From: Nitrosarchaeum sp.
Lineage (GTDB): Archaea > Thermoproteota > Nitrososphaeria > Nitrososphaerales > Nitrosopumilaceae
DNA: 64,000 bases
Assembly (NCBI GenBank): GCA_965223865.1
Contig: OZ245020.1
Span: forward strand, 608,001 to 672,000
Reading direction: 5' to 3'
Positions within the stretch are counted from its first letter, which is position 1. Each line of letters opens with the position of its first letter. Below the pieces are notes generated by a model. The model was not told where the DNA came from. It saw nothing but the letters and a program-made list of their open reading frames with translations, and did not search any database. The translations under genes and the position numbers were made by a program. Of the stretch, positions 19,878-31,088 are shown one piece after another.

Positions 19878-22800
19878 ATGAAAATTTACCATATGCCCAA
19901 GGTGGCTATCTTCTTTTGTGTGCTTCTTCTTTCATCTTTATCTGTAAACTCTTATGCATTTCAAACTGGAGATACTATAGAATTTAATTCAAACCAAAAT
20001 GATTTGATTTTTGATTCTGGAATTATTGATATTGAACAAGATTTTTCACCAAATAACTTTAAGCGATATCTTGTATTTGGCACAAATTCTCAAGATTTAG
20101 ATTTTCTAAAGAATAATTCTCTTTATGGAGTTCAGTCAGATAATGGGTTTTTTTATGTTGCAGTGCTAAAAGAAAAATCTGCTTCAAATCTCATATCTCA
20201 GGGATATAATGTAATGGAAGATATTCAGCTAGATTTTCATTCTAAGGATTCAAAGTTTTTGGATGCATCACGAATTGGTAATGTTACTGGTTCAACACTG
20301 GCTGAGACAAATTATAACGTTACAGGACATGGAATTAAAATTGCAGTAGTTGATACTGGAGTGGATTTTTCAAATTTAGATATCAGGCATTCCCTTGCTA
20401 GAGATGAAAAGAATCATCCAATAATGCTAGATCCTGATGGTCAAGGAATCGTTCTTACAAATGCAACTTTTTTTGCATATATTGACAAAGATGAAATCAT
20501 AAGAAATTACAGTAAACCAATTCCTGAACAAATTACATCATCAGCATATGTTACAAAGAAAGGTATCTTTCTTGATGTTTCACAGGGAGGTAAGGGAACA
20601 AAAATTCCAATTTACAACTCCTTTTTCCCACAATTTGGAACATCTATAATTTTTAATGGAACATTAGCTGATGATCTAAAGATTGGACAAGACAACAGAA
20701 ACTATATCAAATCAAAAAGTGGGATTTATCATTTAGGTGTGATTTATCAGGGAGCATTGCAAGGGCCTCTGGCACGAGTACAGGTAGTCCCAGTTCTTTT
20801 AGTTGATTCTAATACTGCAGGAGTATACGATACAATAATCCCAGACATGACAACTTCTTGGGAAGATTATACCAGATTTGATTTAAAACCCGGAGAAAAA
20901 CCAAAATACGATTTTGATTTTACAGATGAAAAACCAATTGTTTTAGGAAGTGGAAATGAATTTCTTGTTTATGATTCAAACAAAGACGGTAAAGCAGATT
21001 ATAGTGCAGGAACTGTTGGAGCACAAGTTTTAGATGTATATGGAGTGATTCAAAATAAAACAGCTAACATTGATGATTCACTAAAAGCTATCAATGGAAC
21101 ATTATTGCCTGCAATAGATCCTGATGGGGAATTTTTTGGTATAATGACTGATTTTCTTGGACATGGCACTTCTAGTGCTGCTTCGATTGCATCAAAAGGA
21201 CAAGAGACATATGATATCTACAACAACACAAAGAAATTTGTGATAAAAGGAGTATCTCCTGATGCAAAAATTATTCCAATAAAGGCATTGTGGTTTGGCG
21301 ATACTGTATTTGCATGGTTGTGGTCTGCAGGATTTGAAAATATAGAAAATAATTGGAAATTCACTGGTACTCCAAAAGCTGATATTATTTCAAACAGTTG
21401 GGGAATCTCAAATTTTCCTTCCTTTGAATCAGCACCAGGCCTAGATATACTATCTTTGATTCTTAGCGTATTGGTAACCCCGCATTCCTTAGATGATGAT
21501 TATCCTGGAATTACTATAATTTCTAGTGCTGGAAACTCAGGACACGGATATGGGACAATTGGATTGCCAAATGTATCTCCCTTTGGAATTTCAGTAGGAG
21601 CTACTACAAACAATGTTTTTGTTGGGTATGGGCCATTCAAAGATCAACCAAGATTTGGCAATACAACTTCTAACTATAACCACGTAGTTGATTTCTCAAG
21701 TAGAGGTCCAGGGATTATTGGAGATCCAAAACCAGATATTATGAGTATTGGTGCTCATGGATTTGTTCCATCCAATGTAATTAAAACTGAAAAAGATTCT
21801 AAAGCAGAATCTTTTTCTTTGTTTGGAGGAACTAGTATGGCAGCTCCTTTAGTTTCTGGCAGTGCAGCTTTATTGATGGAAGGATTACAAAAAAACTCTA
21901 AAGACTATGATCCATTTACAATAAAAAATATTTTAATGTCAACAGCAAAAGACTTGAAAAATGATCCTCTAACACAAGGTTCAGGTTTAGTTGATGTTCA
22001 TACTGCATTAAAATTTGTAAATGAAGAGCCAGGAATTTTCATAGTTTACAATGATAATTCATATATTAACATCAAAAAAATTCTAGACCCCGTAATTGAA
22101 GATGTAAATTCTACAAAAATAGGATTTGAAAAATTCCAACTTCCATTAAAATCTAAACCTACAACAAACTGGTTTGCCGGACAACTTTTACCTGGAGAAC
22201 GAAGTACCACTACATTTACTATAGAAAATCCAACAAATTCTACAATTCAAGTAAATATTAAACCCCAAAAATTATCTTTAATCAAAAATAGTGCATTAAA
22301 TGGAACAACTATTGTACGTCAGCAAGATCCAATATTAAACAAAACGGATGTTTTTATTCCCAACTACATACATCTATCTGACGTAAAAGAACACAAAAAG
22401 ATTAGTCAATTTTTTGAAAAAGAAGATCCTATTCCTGATGACTCTTCTTTAATGATACTTAATGTAAATTTCCCATTTCATAATTTTATGAATAAAACAG
22501 ACGATGTATATGCAAATGATCTAAAAATTTCATCACTTTATCTTTATGACTGGATTGATAAAAACAACGATACAAAAATTGTTAGTGATGAACTATCCAT
22601 GATTAGCAGAGCTGGTTCTTGGGGTACTGTTCAAGAATTACGAATATCTGAACCAAATGAAAAATTTGAAGGAATTCCTCTCGTAGGAATTTATCCAGTT
22701 CCCACAAGGTACTCTTACTGGCAAGGCGATACAAAACTAAATTCAACTTCTATGGATTATACATTATCTGCTAGTCACTATCAAAAAACAAAGTGGCAAG

Positions 22801-23735
22801 AATTTTGGGTAGATGATGAATCAATTACAGTTCCTCCAAAAGAAACAACACAAGTAAGTGTTACATTAGTTGCACCAAATAATTTGCAATCTGGAGTTTA
22901 CCAAGGGTTTCTAACTTTTGAAAGTGAAAACCATACTGTTAATGCACCAGTTTCTTATGTTATCAAAAAAGAAATCAACCAAAAGGATTCTCTTTTAATA
23001 ATATCTGGAAAACAGAGTGATGATGTAGTTTTTGGAAATGGATACATCAAGGGTGCATTTGACATGGTAAATAGATACATGGCAGGAGATTGGAGACAAT
23101 ATTATTTTGATATTAAAGATAAAACAATAGATTCTGCTTCAATTGAGTTCTCTTGGGAAAATGAGGATACCAATCTAGCAGTATTTGTAATGGATCCAAA
23201 AGGAAAAATTGTTCAAACTAACATGCCATCAGGGGTGTTTGGACATTTTCTTGGATGGCCGTCTCTTGATTGGTTAGGAAATTCACTTTTCAGTCAAGGC
23301 GGTGGCTTCTTCCCGGTAAAAAATAAAGATGATACTTCAACTGTACTTTTTGTCCCAATCAATCAAACCGGAACATATTCTCTTTTGACACATTCTACTC
23401 TTTTTGGAGGAAATCATACAACTGAACCAATTTCAATTGCAGCTAAATTCTCCACAATTACTTCTGAAGAAATAACAATTCCTCCAGAACCTACTCAATC
23501 TGAAACTACTATCGATATTGAGGAGAATGAAAATGAGTCATTATCTATTATACAAAATATATCTGAATCAAAAACAGAATCTATATCTGAATTCGTATCA
23601 GAACCGAATACATTTGAAGCGCAAGAAACATCTCCTGACAACTTTACATTTGGAATAATCTTAGGAATTGCAATTGGAATTGCGATCGGAGCTGCTTTCT
23701 TTTTTATCATTAGACAAAAGAAAGCAATTGATTGA
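19878..23735 (+). CDS. Membrane-anchored S8 (subtilisin-like) serine peptidase
   Basis: Catalytic motifs VVDTG, GHGT, SAGNSG and GTSMAAP; C-terminal TM helix. Confidence 0.92.
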   Translation: MKIYHMPKVAIFFCVLLLSSLSVNSYAFQTGDTIEFNSNQNDLIFDSGIIDIEQDFSPNNFKRYLVFGTNSQDLDFLKNNSLYGVQSDNGFFYVAVLKEKSASNLISQGYNVMEDIQLDFHSKDSKFLDASRIGNVTGSTLAETNYNVTGHGIKIAVVDTGVDFSNLDIRHSLARDEKNHPIMLDPDGQGIVLTNATFFAYIDKDEIIRNYSKPIPEQITSSAYVTKKGIFLDVSQGGKGTKIPIYNSFFPQFGTSIIFNGTLADDLKIGQDNRNYIKSKSGIYHLGVIYQGALQGPLARVQVVPVLLVDSNTAGVYDTIIPDMTTSWEDYTRFDLKPGEKPKYDFDFTDEKPIVLGSGNEFLVYDSNKDGKADYSAGTVGAQVLDVYGVIQNKTANIDDSLKAINGTLLPAIDPDGEFFGIMTDFLGHGTSSAASIASKGQETYDIYNNTKKFVIKGVSPDAKIIPIKALWFGDTVFAWLWSAGFENIENNWKFTGTPKADIISNSWGISNFPSFESAPGLDILSLILSVLVTPHSLDDDYPGITIISSAGNSGHGYGTIGLPNVSPFGISVGATTNNVFVGYGPFKDQPRFGNTTSNYNHVVDFSSRGPGIIGDPKPDIMSIGAHGFVPSNVIKTEKDSKAESFSLFGGTSMAAPLVSGSAALLMEGLQKNSKDYDPFTIKNILMSTAKDLKNDPLTQGSGLVDVHTALKFVNEEPGIFIVYNDNSYINIKKILDPVIEDVNSTKIGFEKFQLPLKSKPTTNWFAGQLLPGERSTTTFTIENPTNSTIQVNIKPQKLSLIKNSALNGTTIVRQQDPILNKTDVFIPNYIHLSDVKEHKKISQFFEKEDPIPDDSSLMILNVNFPFHNFMNKTDDVYANDLKISSLYLYDWIDKNNDTKIVSDELSMISRAGSWGTVQELRISEPNEKFEGIPLVGIYPVPTRYSYWQGDTKLNSTSMDYTLSASHYQKTKWQEFWVDDESITVPPKETTQVSVTLVAPNNLQSGVYQGFLTFESENHTVNAPVSYVIKKEINQKDSLLIISGKQSDDVVFGNGYIKGAFDMVNRYMAGDWRQYYFDIKDKTIDSASIEFSWENEDTNLAVFVMDPKGKIVQTNMPSGVFGHFLGWPSLDWLGNSLFSQGGGFFPVKNKDDTSTVLFVPINQTGTYSLLTHSTLFGGNHTTEPISIAAKFSTITSEEITIPPEPTQSETTIDIEENENESLSIIQNISESKTESISEFVSEPNTFEAQETSPDNFTFGIILGIAIGIAIGAAFFFIIRQKKAID

Positions 23736-23774
23736 ACAAGGTTTATAAGCAATTTGGCGAGTACGACAGCTTGA

Positions 23775-24380
23775 ATGTCAGAGCAGGGGACCCAAAAATC
23801 TGGCGGATTATCCAGAAGGGATTTTCTTAAATTAATGGGAGCAGCAGGAACAGGTTTAGCCTTTGCTCCATTTGTTCCATTTGGAAATTTCATGCCAAAC
23901 CCATCAAGTGCTTCTCTTGAGAAAGTCCCAGTAATTTTACCAGATGGTACTCAAGCTCATGTTGAAACATTTCCAATTAATCATTCAGAAGTCATTACTT
24001 ATCCAAGTACTGGTGATGCTGCACTTGATGCAGAGGCATTTAGAAAATGGCAATTCATTAGATTGCCAGAAGAACTTGGAGGTACTGCAAAGGATGTATC
24101 TGCTTTTAGGGCATTTAGTATGGTTTGTCTTCATCTTTGGTGTCTATGGAAATATTGGCCTGAAGAAGGACGAAAGAGAGGTGAGTGTCCTTGTCATGGT
24201 AGCATGTATGATGCAAGAACTGGTACTGCATATGTTGGACCCGCATCGTTACAAGCAAAACCTTCTGATACTTTACCAAAATTAGATTTTGAAGCTGATG
24301 CAGACGGTTTTCTGTGGATTCTTCCACCAACATGGGGAGTTAATGCCAATGGAGTAATAGGATATGGCCGTTTCGCTTAA
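23775..24380 (+). CDS. Rieske 2Fe-2S subunit of complex III with Tat signal
   Basis: SRRDFLK Tat motif; CLHLWC and CPCHGS boxes. Confidence 0.93.
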   Translation: MSEQGTQKSGGLSRRDFLKLMGAAGTGLAFAPFVPFGNFMPNPSSASLEKVPVILPDGTQAHVETFPINHSEVITYPSTGDAALDAEAFRKWQFIRLPEELGGTAKDVSAFRAFSMVCLHLWCLWKYWPEEGRKRGECPCHGSMYDARTGTAYVGPASLQAKPSDTLPKLDFEADADGFLWILPPTWGVNANGVIGYGRFA

Positions 24381-25953
24381 ACGACAAACAGGCGCAGTTG
24401 CGTTCTTTTACTGGTTATGGGATGGATTAGACAGAACAATCTTTACTGCAATTAAATTTTCATTCCCTGCTCGTTTTGTTAGTCCTTTTGGATTTTTAGG
24501 AATGTTAACATTCATTGTATTTGTAATCCTTGGAATCTCAGGTGCTCTGTTGATGTTTTACTATCAACCAATGTTAGATAGAGCTTGGGATAGTGTTGCA
24601 TTCATTAATGATGAAGTACCTTATGGTTTCCATATTAGAAACATCCACTATCACGGATCTAATGCAATGGTACTTTTGGCAGTTCTTCACATGTATTATC
24701 AATACTTTAGTGGAAGATACAAAATTAGAAATGAAATTTTATGGGCAACAGGAGTTATTCTTGGAACCGTAACTATTCTTGAAGCATTTACAGGTTATGA
24801 TGTTATATTTAGTGAAAGAGCGCAACTCGCAATTAGTATTGCTGCATCACTCACTACTTCCATTCCTCTTATAGGGCCGACAATGCGTGATGCGATGTTT
24901 GGAAGTGGGTTCTCTGACTTTGTTTTGAGATTCTATGCCCAACATGTGTTCCTCTTGCCGCTTGTCATGCTTGGATTGATGGCAGTTCACTTCCCACGAT
25001 TCTTAGTATTTGACGTACCTATGGTAATGGCAATTGGTGGTGCTATTCTGATAACTGGTGGAGTCTTCCCAATTGATATGGGATTCAAGTTTGAACCTAC
25101 AGTACCTCCCGGGATTACCGTCCCTGAATGGTATCTGACGGGAATCTATGCATTTTTGAGGACTCAATACGACAAATTTGTAACTGGTGTCTTATGGCCA
25201 GGAATATTCATAGCTGCTATACTGCTAACGCCTTTCATTGATCGATACAAAAAGTTCTCATGGAAGGATCGTCCAATTATTACAGCATTTGGTATAACCG
25301 GAATTGCCCAGGTTATGGTGACTACCTATTGGGGATTTTACATTCCACAAGACACCACTATTCCATTAGTAGAACGTCTAGTTATCGATCCGGTCTTTTT
25401 GTATTCAGTAATGATACTGATGCTTCCACTAGGATTTGGATTTACATATATGATGATTAAGCTAGCAAAAGAGTCTGAAAGAAAAGCAAAACTTGCAAAA
25501 GAAAAGGGCCCCAACAAAGTAGCAACAATTAGCCTCTCTCAACAATGGATTAATTGGTTACTTGTAGCACTATTAGCATTCCAAGTATTTCTTAACATTG
25601 CAGCCTACAATGCAGCCTTGACTGGAATGAAGAATATTTCGTTATTCTTTATTGGGTTGATATTGATTGTGTTTGCAGCATTCTTCCACATTTACAGATA
25701 TGGAATGAATGAAGCAAAGAATGCCCCACCACCACCTCCAATTCCAATCCCAGAGGAAAAACCAAAGGAGATTCCAGAACCACAATCTGCACCAGAGCCA
25801 AGCAAATTACCTGAAGGTGAAAAAGAAACTGCAAAACCAAAAGAAATTGCAGCTGAGGTTCCTACTCCAAAGACTCAAGCTGATTCGGGAGGAGGAACAA
25901 CAGGTGCAAACAACTCTCCTAACGTTGGCGGTTCAGATCTAAACAAGCCCTAA
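24364..25953 (+). CDS. petB: Cytochrome b subunit of complex III
   Basis: RNIHYHGSN...LH heme ligands, PEWY motif, Pro-rich C-terminal tail. Confidence 0.92.
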   Translation: MAVSLKRQTGAVAFFYWLWDGLDRTIFTAIKFSFPARFVSPFGFLGMLTFIVFVILGISGALLMFYYQPMLDRAWDSVAFINDEVPYGFHIRNIHYHGSNAMVLLAVLHMYYQYFSGRYKIRNEILWATGVILGTVTILEAFTGYDVIFSERAQLAISIAASLTTSIPLIGPTMRDAMFGSGFSDFVLRFYAQHVFLLPLVMLGLMAVHFPRFLVFDVPMVMAIGGAILITGGVFPIDMGFKFEPTVPPGITVPEWYLTGIYAFLRTQYDKFVTGVLWPGIFIAAILLTPFIDRYKKFSWKDRPIITAFGITGIAQVMVTTYWGFYIPQDTTIPLVERLVIDPVFLYSVMILMLPLGFGFTYMMIKLAKESERKAKLAKEKGPNKVATISLSQQWINWLLVALLAFQVFLNIAAYNAALTGMKNISLFFIGLILIVFAAFFHIYRYGMNEAKNAPPPPPIPIPEEKPKEIPEPQSAPEPSKLPEGEKETAKPKEIAAEVPTPKTQADSGGGTTGANNSPNVGGSDLNKP

Positions 25954-25997
25954 GTTCAAACAAGCTTTATAAGAACACCAAAGGCCTACTAAAATCG

Positions 25998-26462
25998 TTG
26001 AGTGCACCAACATCTAGTCATGCATATGGAGTTGGAGTCATTGCAATTGTTGTTGCATTATCAGCTAGTGTTGTTTTTTACACATCATTTTATCTTCCTG
26101 AATCTTTGGCAAAACCCTCAGTTGATGATCACATATTACATCCTGTTAAATCTACAATTATTGATATGATACCTGGTTCTGCAAGCCCAGAACAACAAGA
26201 TAACTTTGTTCCAAAACTAGTCAACCTACAGCTAACAATTGATAATCATGTGATTTGGACAAATAGTGATGATACCCCACACACTGTAACTCCAGATCAT
26301 AGACATGCAGATGGCTATAGTGGTGACTTTGGTTCACCTGGAGTAGTAAAGGCAGGTGAGGAATATGAATTCCTATTTACTGAACCTCAAGAAGTTCATT
26401 ACCATTGCTCTCCTCATCCCTGGATGACAGGAACAATTATTGTAACAAAAGCCAGATTCTAG
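25998..26462 (+). CDS. Membrane-anchored blue (type 1) copper / plastocyanin-like protein
   Basis: PHTVT and YHCSPHPWM copper ligands; N-terminal TM helix. Confidence 0.9.
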   Translation: MSAPTSSHAYGVGVIAIVVALSASVVFYTSFYLPESLAKPSVDDHILHPVKSTIIDMIPGSASPEQQDNFVPKLVNLQLTIDNHVIWTNSDDTPHTVTPDHRHADGYSGDFGSPGVVKAGEEYEFLFTEPQEVHYHCSPHPWMTGTIIVTKARF

Positions 26463-26809
26463 TTAGAATATTTTGCAAAAATTATCTGACTTTCGATTTC
26501 TTTGTGTTGTTCAATTATTGATGCTCTAAATTTTACCTCGTATTCTTGTTTTGGTTCGAATTCAATGGTTGCAGTAAATTCAGCCTTGTTTTCAGGCATC
26601 ACGTCTTTGTTAATGAATAACCTTGAAACATGCTGTGATATTTTTTTTTTATTATAGGATTTATAGATGATGTGCTCATTTGAATCCAAAATTTGAGTAT
26701 TAATTACGACTCCGTCATATCGTCCAGGATATGAAACAAAAATTTTCCCTTTAATCTCTGATTTGGGATGAATTTCTTTTGGTTCTAAGGAAAATTCTAT
26801 GTCTTTCAC
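26459..26809 (-). CDS. Hypothetical protein
   Basis: Intact 116-aa ORF converging on the blue-copper gene. Confidence 0.65.
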   Translation of the reverse strand: MKDIEFSLEPKEIHPKSEIKGKIFVSYPGRYDGVVINTQILDSNEHIIYKSYNKKKISQHVSRLFINKDVMPENKAEFTATIEFEPKQEYEVKFRASIIEQHKEIESQIIFAKYSN

Positions 26810-26850
26810 GAGATAATCACGTGTACTTGAGAATAAATAATTTTGTTAAG

Positions 26851-26862
26851 TGGGCCCAAAGG
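26851..26862. repeat. att site (displaced tRNA 3' end copy)
   Basis: Identical to 46752-46763. Confidence 0.85.
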
Positions 26863-27060
26863 TTCCTGCATTCTCCAGCATTTGAAACCTTGTTTTTTAT
26901 TAACGTAATCAAGACTTCAGACGCTTTTACATTATCATATTTTATAATGTTTTAGTTGATCAAAATCAATCTATTTGAGATAACTGATCGCTTATGTTCT
27001 ATCTCTGCTAACTGTACTTATTGCTACCATTAAGTTCATCCATATAATGCAAAACTAGAC

Positions 27061-27305
27061 AGAGTTCATGGAATTTACATATTCTCAACATAAAAAACAC
27101 AATATCTCATGTATCATTCTGACATATTCCAAGATTTGCACCAAATGTGGCACAATTTGTACAAGCAGATCACATTGAGTTTCAAAAAGGCATAATCAAG
27201 AGAAGATGTCAAACATGTGAAATATTTATCAAATGAGAAGGACCGTGGTACCCGTGACGTGGATACAGGTTAAGAACAATTCCAAAGAATAGACAACTCA
27301 AGTAA
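27061..27305 (+). pseudogene. Decayed, deleted copy of the Dam methylase plus Cys-rich zinc-finger module
   Basis: EFMEFTYSQH...ADHIEFQKG matches 40705-40843. It is fused to RCQTCEIFIK*EGPWYP*RGYRLRT, which matches the 41088-41180 region. Confidence 0.75.
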
Positions 27306-27484
27306 AAGTTTCACAAAGAGATAAAATGTAAAATCAAAACTATAGGTGAATGAAATAGCAGTATCATCTAATTAAATTATGTAACACTGTCACTATAACC
27401 TGTGTTGTAATTGGTGGAAAAATTTCAATTTTGGATTAAATTCCAGTAAATTATTATTTTAGGTTGATTAATACTGATTCTAGT

Positions 27485-27696
27485 GACATTTATGTTACAA
27501 CAAACAAATCACAATACGGCATGGGAGATACAATCATAGTTTCAGGAATAGTTGATTAGACCAAAAATAATTCAAGAGTTACAATATAGATATTTCTAGA
27601 GTAATCTTGTAGATGTTGCATAAATCATGATAGCGTAAGACTGAAGTTATTCTCATACTATTACGTAGAAGGTCCATATGGAAAGAAAAACGGAGA
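27485..27696 (+). pseudogene. Decayed fragment of a thaumarchaeal secreted Ig-like (PEFG-CTERM-type) protein
   Basis: IYVTTNKSQYGMGDTIIVSGIV...NLVDVA*I.IA*D*SYSHTI with stops and frameshifts; family assignment is from recall. Confidence 0.5.
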
Positions 27697-27791
27697 AATT
27701 GAAAACTGGATAATACAAAAAAGAACAAAAGAAAATTACAAAACAAGAACAGATCAAGAGTTTTATAGTTGTACCAGTTTTTGTTGGTTTA

Positions 27792-28538
27792 ATGATATCT
27801 AACAAAACAAGAACACTTGGCGTTTCTTCCATTGCCATACTGGCAGTAATAATAACGGTTACACTTCCAATGGGAGCAGCTGACGCAATAGGTGAGGCAG
27901 TTGACAAGGCACGAATATTGACATTTGATGACAATGAAAGTATAATCACACTTAAGGTCAATCCAACTGAAGACCTTAATGATTTGTCATTTAAAGGGTA
28001 CGCAATATTAACTGCAGATCCTAATACTGAAGACATTGGAACATTGATTGCAATAACAAGACATGGTGGTGTGTATGACAGCCAGGCCCAAACTGGTCCT
28101 TCAGATAACAACTGGCACGCACATTATGTTGAATTAATACAGCAAAATGAATGTGTAAATGAAGAAACAAACCCAAACGGTCTTGCAGTAGATCCATTTA
28201 GAATATCCTTTACAGAACCTGGTAAAGTGATTGTAAAGGAAGGCAAGAACGGCTTGGTACTAAAGAAGGCACAAACTGTTGACTACATTGATATTAACTA
28301 CTTTGCTTTCCTAAAAGATCCACTGCCTGCGCTTCCAACTGACAACATACAAAAATACACTTTGGGAGATATTGGAGATGGCCAGGCCGTATCCTTTGAT
28401 CTATCATTAGGAGATCATGGATTTGCAAACCAAGATGCCGGAATTCCAAACGGTGTGTGTATTGATAATGTACAGCCAATCAAGACAAAACTAGTAAACA
28501 AATCACCTACTTCTGCAGAGGAAGAAGATAATAGTTAA
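27792..28538 (+). CDS. Secreted hypothetical protein
   Basis: Signal-like N-terminus, intact 248-aa ORF, T-rich terminator after the stop. Confidence 0.75.
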   Translation: MISNKTRTLGVSSIAILAVIITVTLPMGAADAIGEAVDKARILTFDDNESIITLKVNPTEDLNDLSFKGYAILTADPNTEDIGTLIAITRHGGVYDSQAQTGPSDNNWHAHYVELIQQNECVNEETNPNGLAVDPFRISFTEPGKVIVKEGKNGLVLKKAQTVDYIDINYFAFLKDPLPALPTDNIQKYTLGDIGDGQAVSFDLSLGDHGFANQDAGIPNGVCIDNVQPIKTKLVNKSPTSAEEEDNS

Positions 28539-28978
28539 AAAACTAGAATAGGTATCCAAAATACTCTCTTTCTATTTTTTATTTCATTTCGTAGTAACTT
28601 CTCAGGATCAATTTTAAATTTTACAAATGGAGGAAAATTCTCAATCTTAGAACCAAAAGTAAACTTAATTCCTTTCACTTTATTGAATTAACTTCTTGCA
28701 CTTGTATATCCCAAACTAATCAAAAAAACCGATAAATTAAGTCAAAACAAATGACATGTAATTTGTTGACGCAAAAACCATTTTTCATAATTTTATTATT
28801 ATCATTATTTTCTATTCAATAACTATGTGTTATCTCTAGAATTGTAAACAAATATTTCAAAAACACTATCTAACAAAATAATTATCTTCAATAAATTGAC
28901 AGAATTTTTTCATCTTTTATAATATCTGCGATATTATACCATGAAGATTAAGTTTTTGTTATAATCATAAATTTGAAG

Positions 28979-29153
28979 TATCACAAGAAAAACAGTAAGG
29001 TTAACTGGATTAAACAAGAGAATTTTGACCAGCAAATCCCAATATCTTATGTAGATCTTCAAATATTTTAACATCTATGGATGGGGAACATTCTTTATCT
29101 TTTTTACAAAATGCTTCTGAATTTCCTACAAAGTAATAAAAAAGAAGATGAAA
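28979..29153 (+). repeat. 175-bp inverted repeat, copy 1
   Basis: Reverse complement of 32320-32494 with one mismatch. Confidence 0.92.
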
Positions 29154-29167
29154 TGATCATCATCTAG

Positions 29168-29956
29168 TTAGTTATTTCCAATCAGAAATATCACATTTGC
29201 AGTTGTTGTGACATCTTGGTCTGACGAGAATACAGGTGTTGAAGCGGCCCGTACTGCCATGCTTTCCTCAAATGCCATGTCAAACATTGGCATTGGCATA
29301 AGTGGAGTAGGGAACATTCCAAACTCAGATAATGATATTGCTTTTACTCCAACAATTGCATAATCGAGTGGAGCAAGTGCATTTTCTGCCTTTATCTTTG
29401 CGTTTTGTATTGCCTTTTCAATCAGACCGTCTTTCAGATGCATATACTTTTCGGATGACAGAGTAAATGACACGTTGTCTACCCTATTGGCTCCTGCAGT
29501 AACTGCATCATCAATGATGTCAGCTGACAAGTTCAAGTTGGCAGTCTCTACATTTATTGTGTTTGTAACCTGATATCCCACTAGATCTTGCTTCCATCTT
29601 TTGGTCAGCGTATCCTCATATCCATCATATATAGGATATATGTTGAATCGTGATGTACTGATCTCGTCTTCGGTGATTCCTACATCCTTTATTGCCTCAA
29701 TTACGCTGTTCATTGCCTGAGAGTTTGAATCTAGTGCCTGTTTTGCAGTTGGTTCCTGGTTTTCCATGCCAAACGTGATGACCAACAAGTCAGGCTCAAC
29801 TGTTGTAGTTGCCGTTCCTGTAACCGAGATTACATTTTCCTGAATGAGTACTTCCTGGGCAACTGCATGATTGCTGTTGAAGAATACAGAACCTACAGTA
29901 GCAATCATGACAATTGCAAGCATTGTACCAATTGTCAAGGTTTTTGTTTTGTTCAT
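29168..29956 (-). CDS. SIMPL (DUF541) domain protein
   Basis: ISVTGTATTTVEPD...AGANRVDNVSF...AIQNAKIKAE pattern; signal peptide. Confidence 0.88.
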   Translation of the reverse strand: MNKTKTLTIGTMLAIVMIATVGSVFFNSNHAVAQEVLIQENVISVTGTATTTVEPDLLVITFGMENQEPTAKQALDSNSQAMNSVIEAIKDVGITEDEISTSRFNIYPIYDGYEDTLTKRWKQDLVGYQVTNTINVETANLNLSADIIDDAVTAGANRVDNVSFTLSSEKYMHLKDGLIEKAIQNAKIKAENALAPLDYAIVGVKAISLSEFGMFPTPLMPMPMFDMAFEESMAVRAASTPVFSSDQDVTTTANVIFLIGNN

Positions 29957-30115
29957 TGTATTGAAATAAAACAGTTAGAAGATAAGGTTTGATTAAATCA
30001 GGATTTAACCAGAAACATTATAAATCAAATCTACAAGAAAAGAAGAAAATAGATTATTCGTTATCAATCTTGACACTAAATCTATCTTATGAAGTATCGA
30101 CTATTTGCAGGTAAA

Positions 30116-30698
30116 TTACATGGTGTCATGATATATCGAATTGTGCTGAATCACAACTGCACAGATCAATTGTGTCTTCGTGTTAGATCCTGCTGACAGT
30201 TTTGTGTATGAACGTCTGATCCTGAATCTCCACGTATAGTATTGTGTGCAATACCTGTCATCAAACTCAGTCGCATCTGATCCTGCAAATACCCTACCAG
30301 GACAGACCATTTGGATGAACCTGTCAATAGCAGCATACAACAGTACATCACTCAGCCCTGATGCTGCCTTTTGCAGTATTGTAAAATGTGGAATGGTGTT
30401 AATGCCAAGCATTGCAGTTATCTGATTACATACTTGCAACCATTCTACAAATGACTCGTAGCTTTTTGATTCGTACTAACTAAGAACAAGCATGAGGATA
30501 TGATGATGTACAGAAAAGACATGTTTTGATTTTGGATACAGATAAAGAAACATGCATTTTCTTGAGAATCTGGTGCATGAGTACAATCATACGTTGGTAT
30601 TTGTTTTTCATGGAATGGAATAATCATGAATGATTCATTGATCCTGATGATCTGCTCCGATCTACAAATAAGTGAAAACTAGATTGTCTAGGGAGTCC
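30116..30698 (-). mobile_element. Degenerate IS5-family remnant
   Basis: IPHFTILQKAA, GSDAT and SYTKLS fragments resemble the transposase at 33.8-34.8 kb. The end GATCTACAAATAAGTGAAAA resembles 34766-34785. Confidence 0.7.
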
Positions 30699-31088
30699 TT
30701 ATAGATCTTTTTGTATATCTAAATCAAACTATTACAAACATCATTATCGATTGTTGTTATAATATTACAACATAACGACAAAGATGTTCACTGAAGTAGA
30801 CGGTAGTATTGATTTAGTACGATAATGGACCTGATGGGTGAAGGATACAGTAAAGAGATGACAGAACGTATAGACCAGATTACGTATATCATTAACTTAA
30901 TTAAAAAATAAACTGAAAATTCCATGTCAGTAGAGAAGGGCTAAAACTTCAGTCTTAACAGATGGTTCTTGATTCTACTCAAGAGAATCTTCATCTCTAT
31001 GATAATAACGTGGACGATGGATTCTCTCGAAAAATTATTGATTTGTAAAATCATAAATTAGAATTATCATTACAGCTATCGTTAAAGA

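Noticed and set aside
23775-26462. Complex III with a blue-copper protein in place of cytochrome c1
   Set aside because: Real, but already established for ammonia-oxidising archaea, so not novel.
27485-27696. Alternative genetic code (TAA/TAG = Gln) in the island
   Set aside because: The same fragment has frameshifts and a TGA, and intact island genes end with TAA/TAG.
27653-28111. 152-aa minus-strand ORF
   Set aside because: Mostly antisense to the better-supported secreted protein at 27792-28538.
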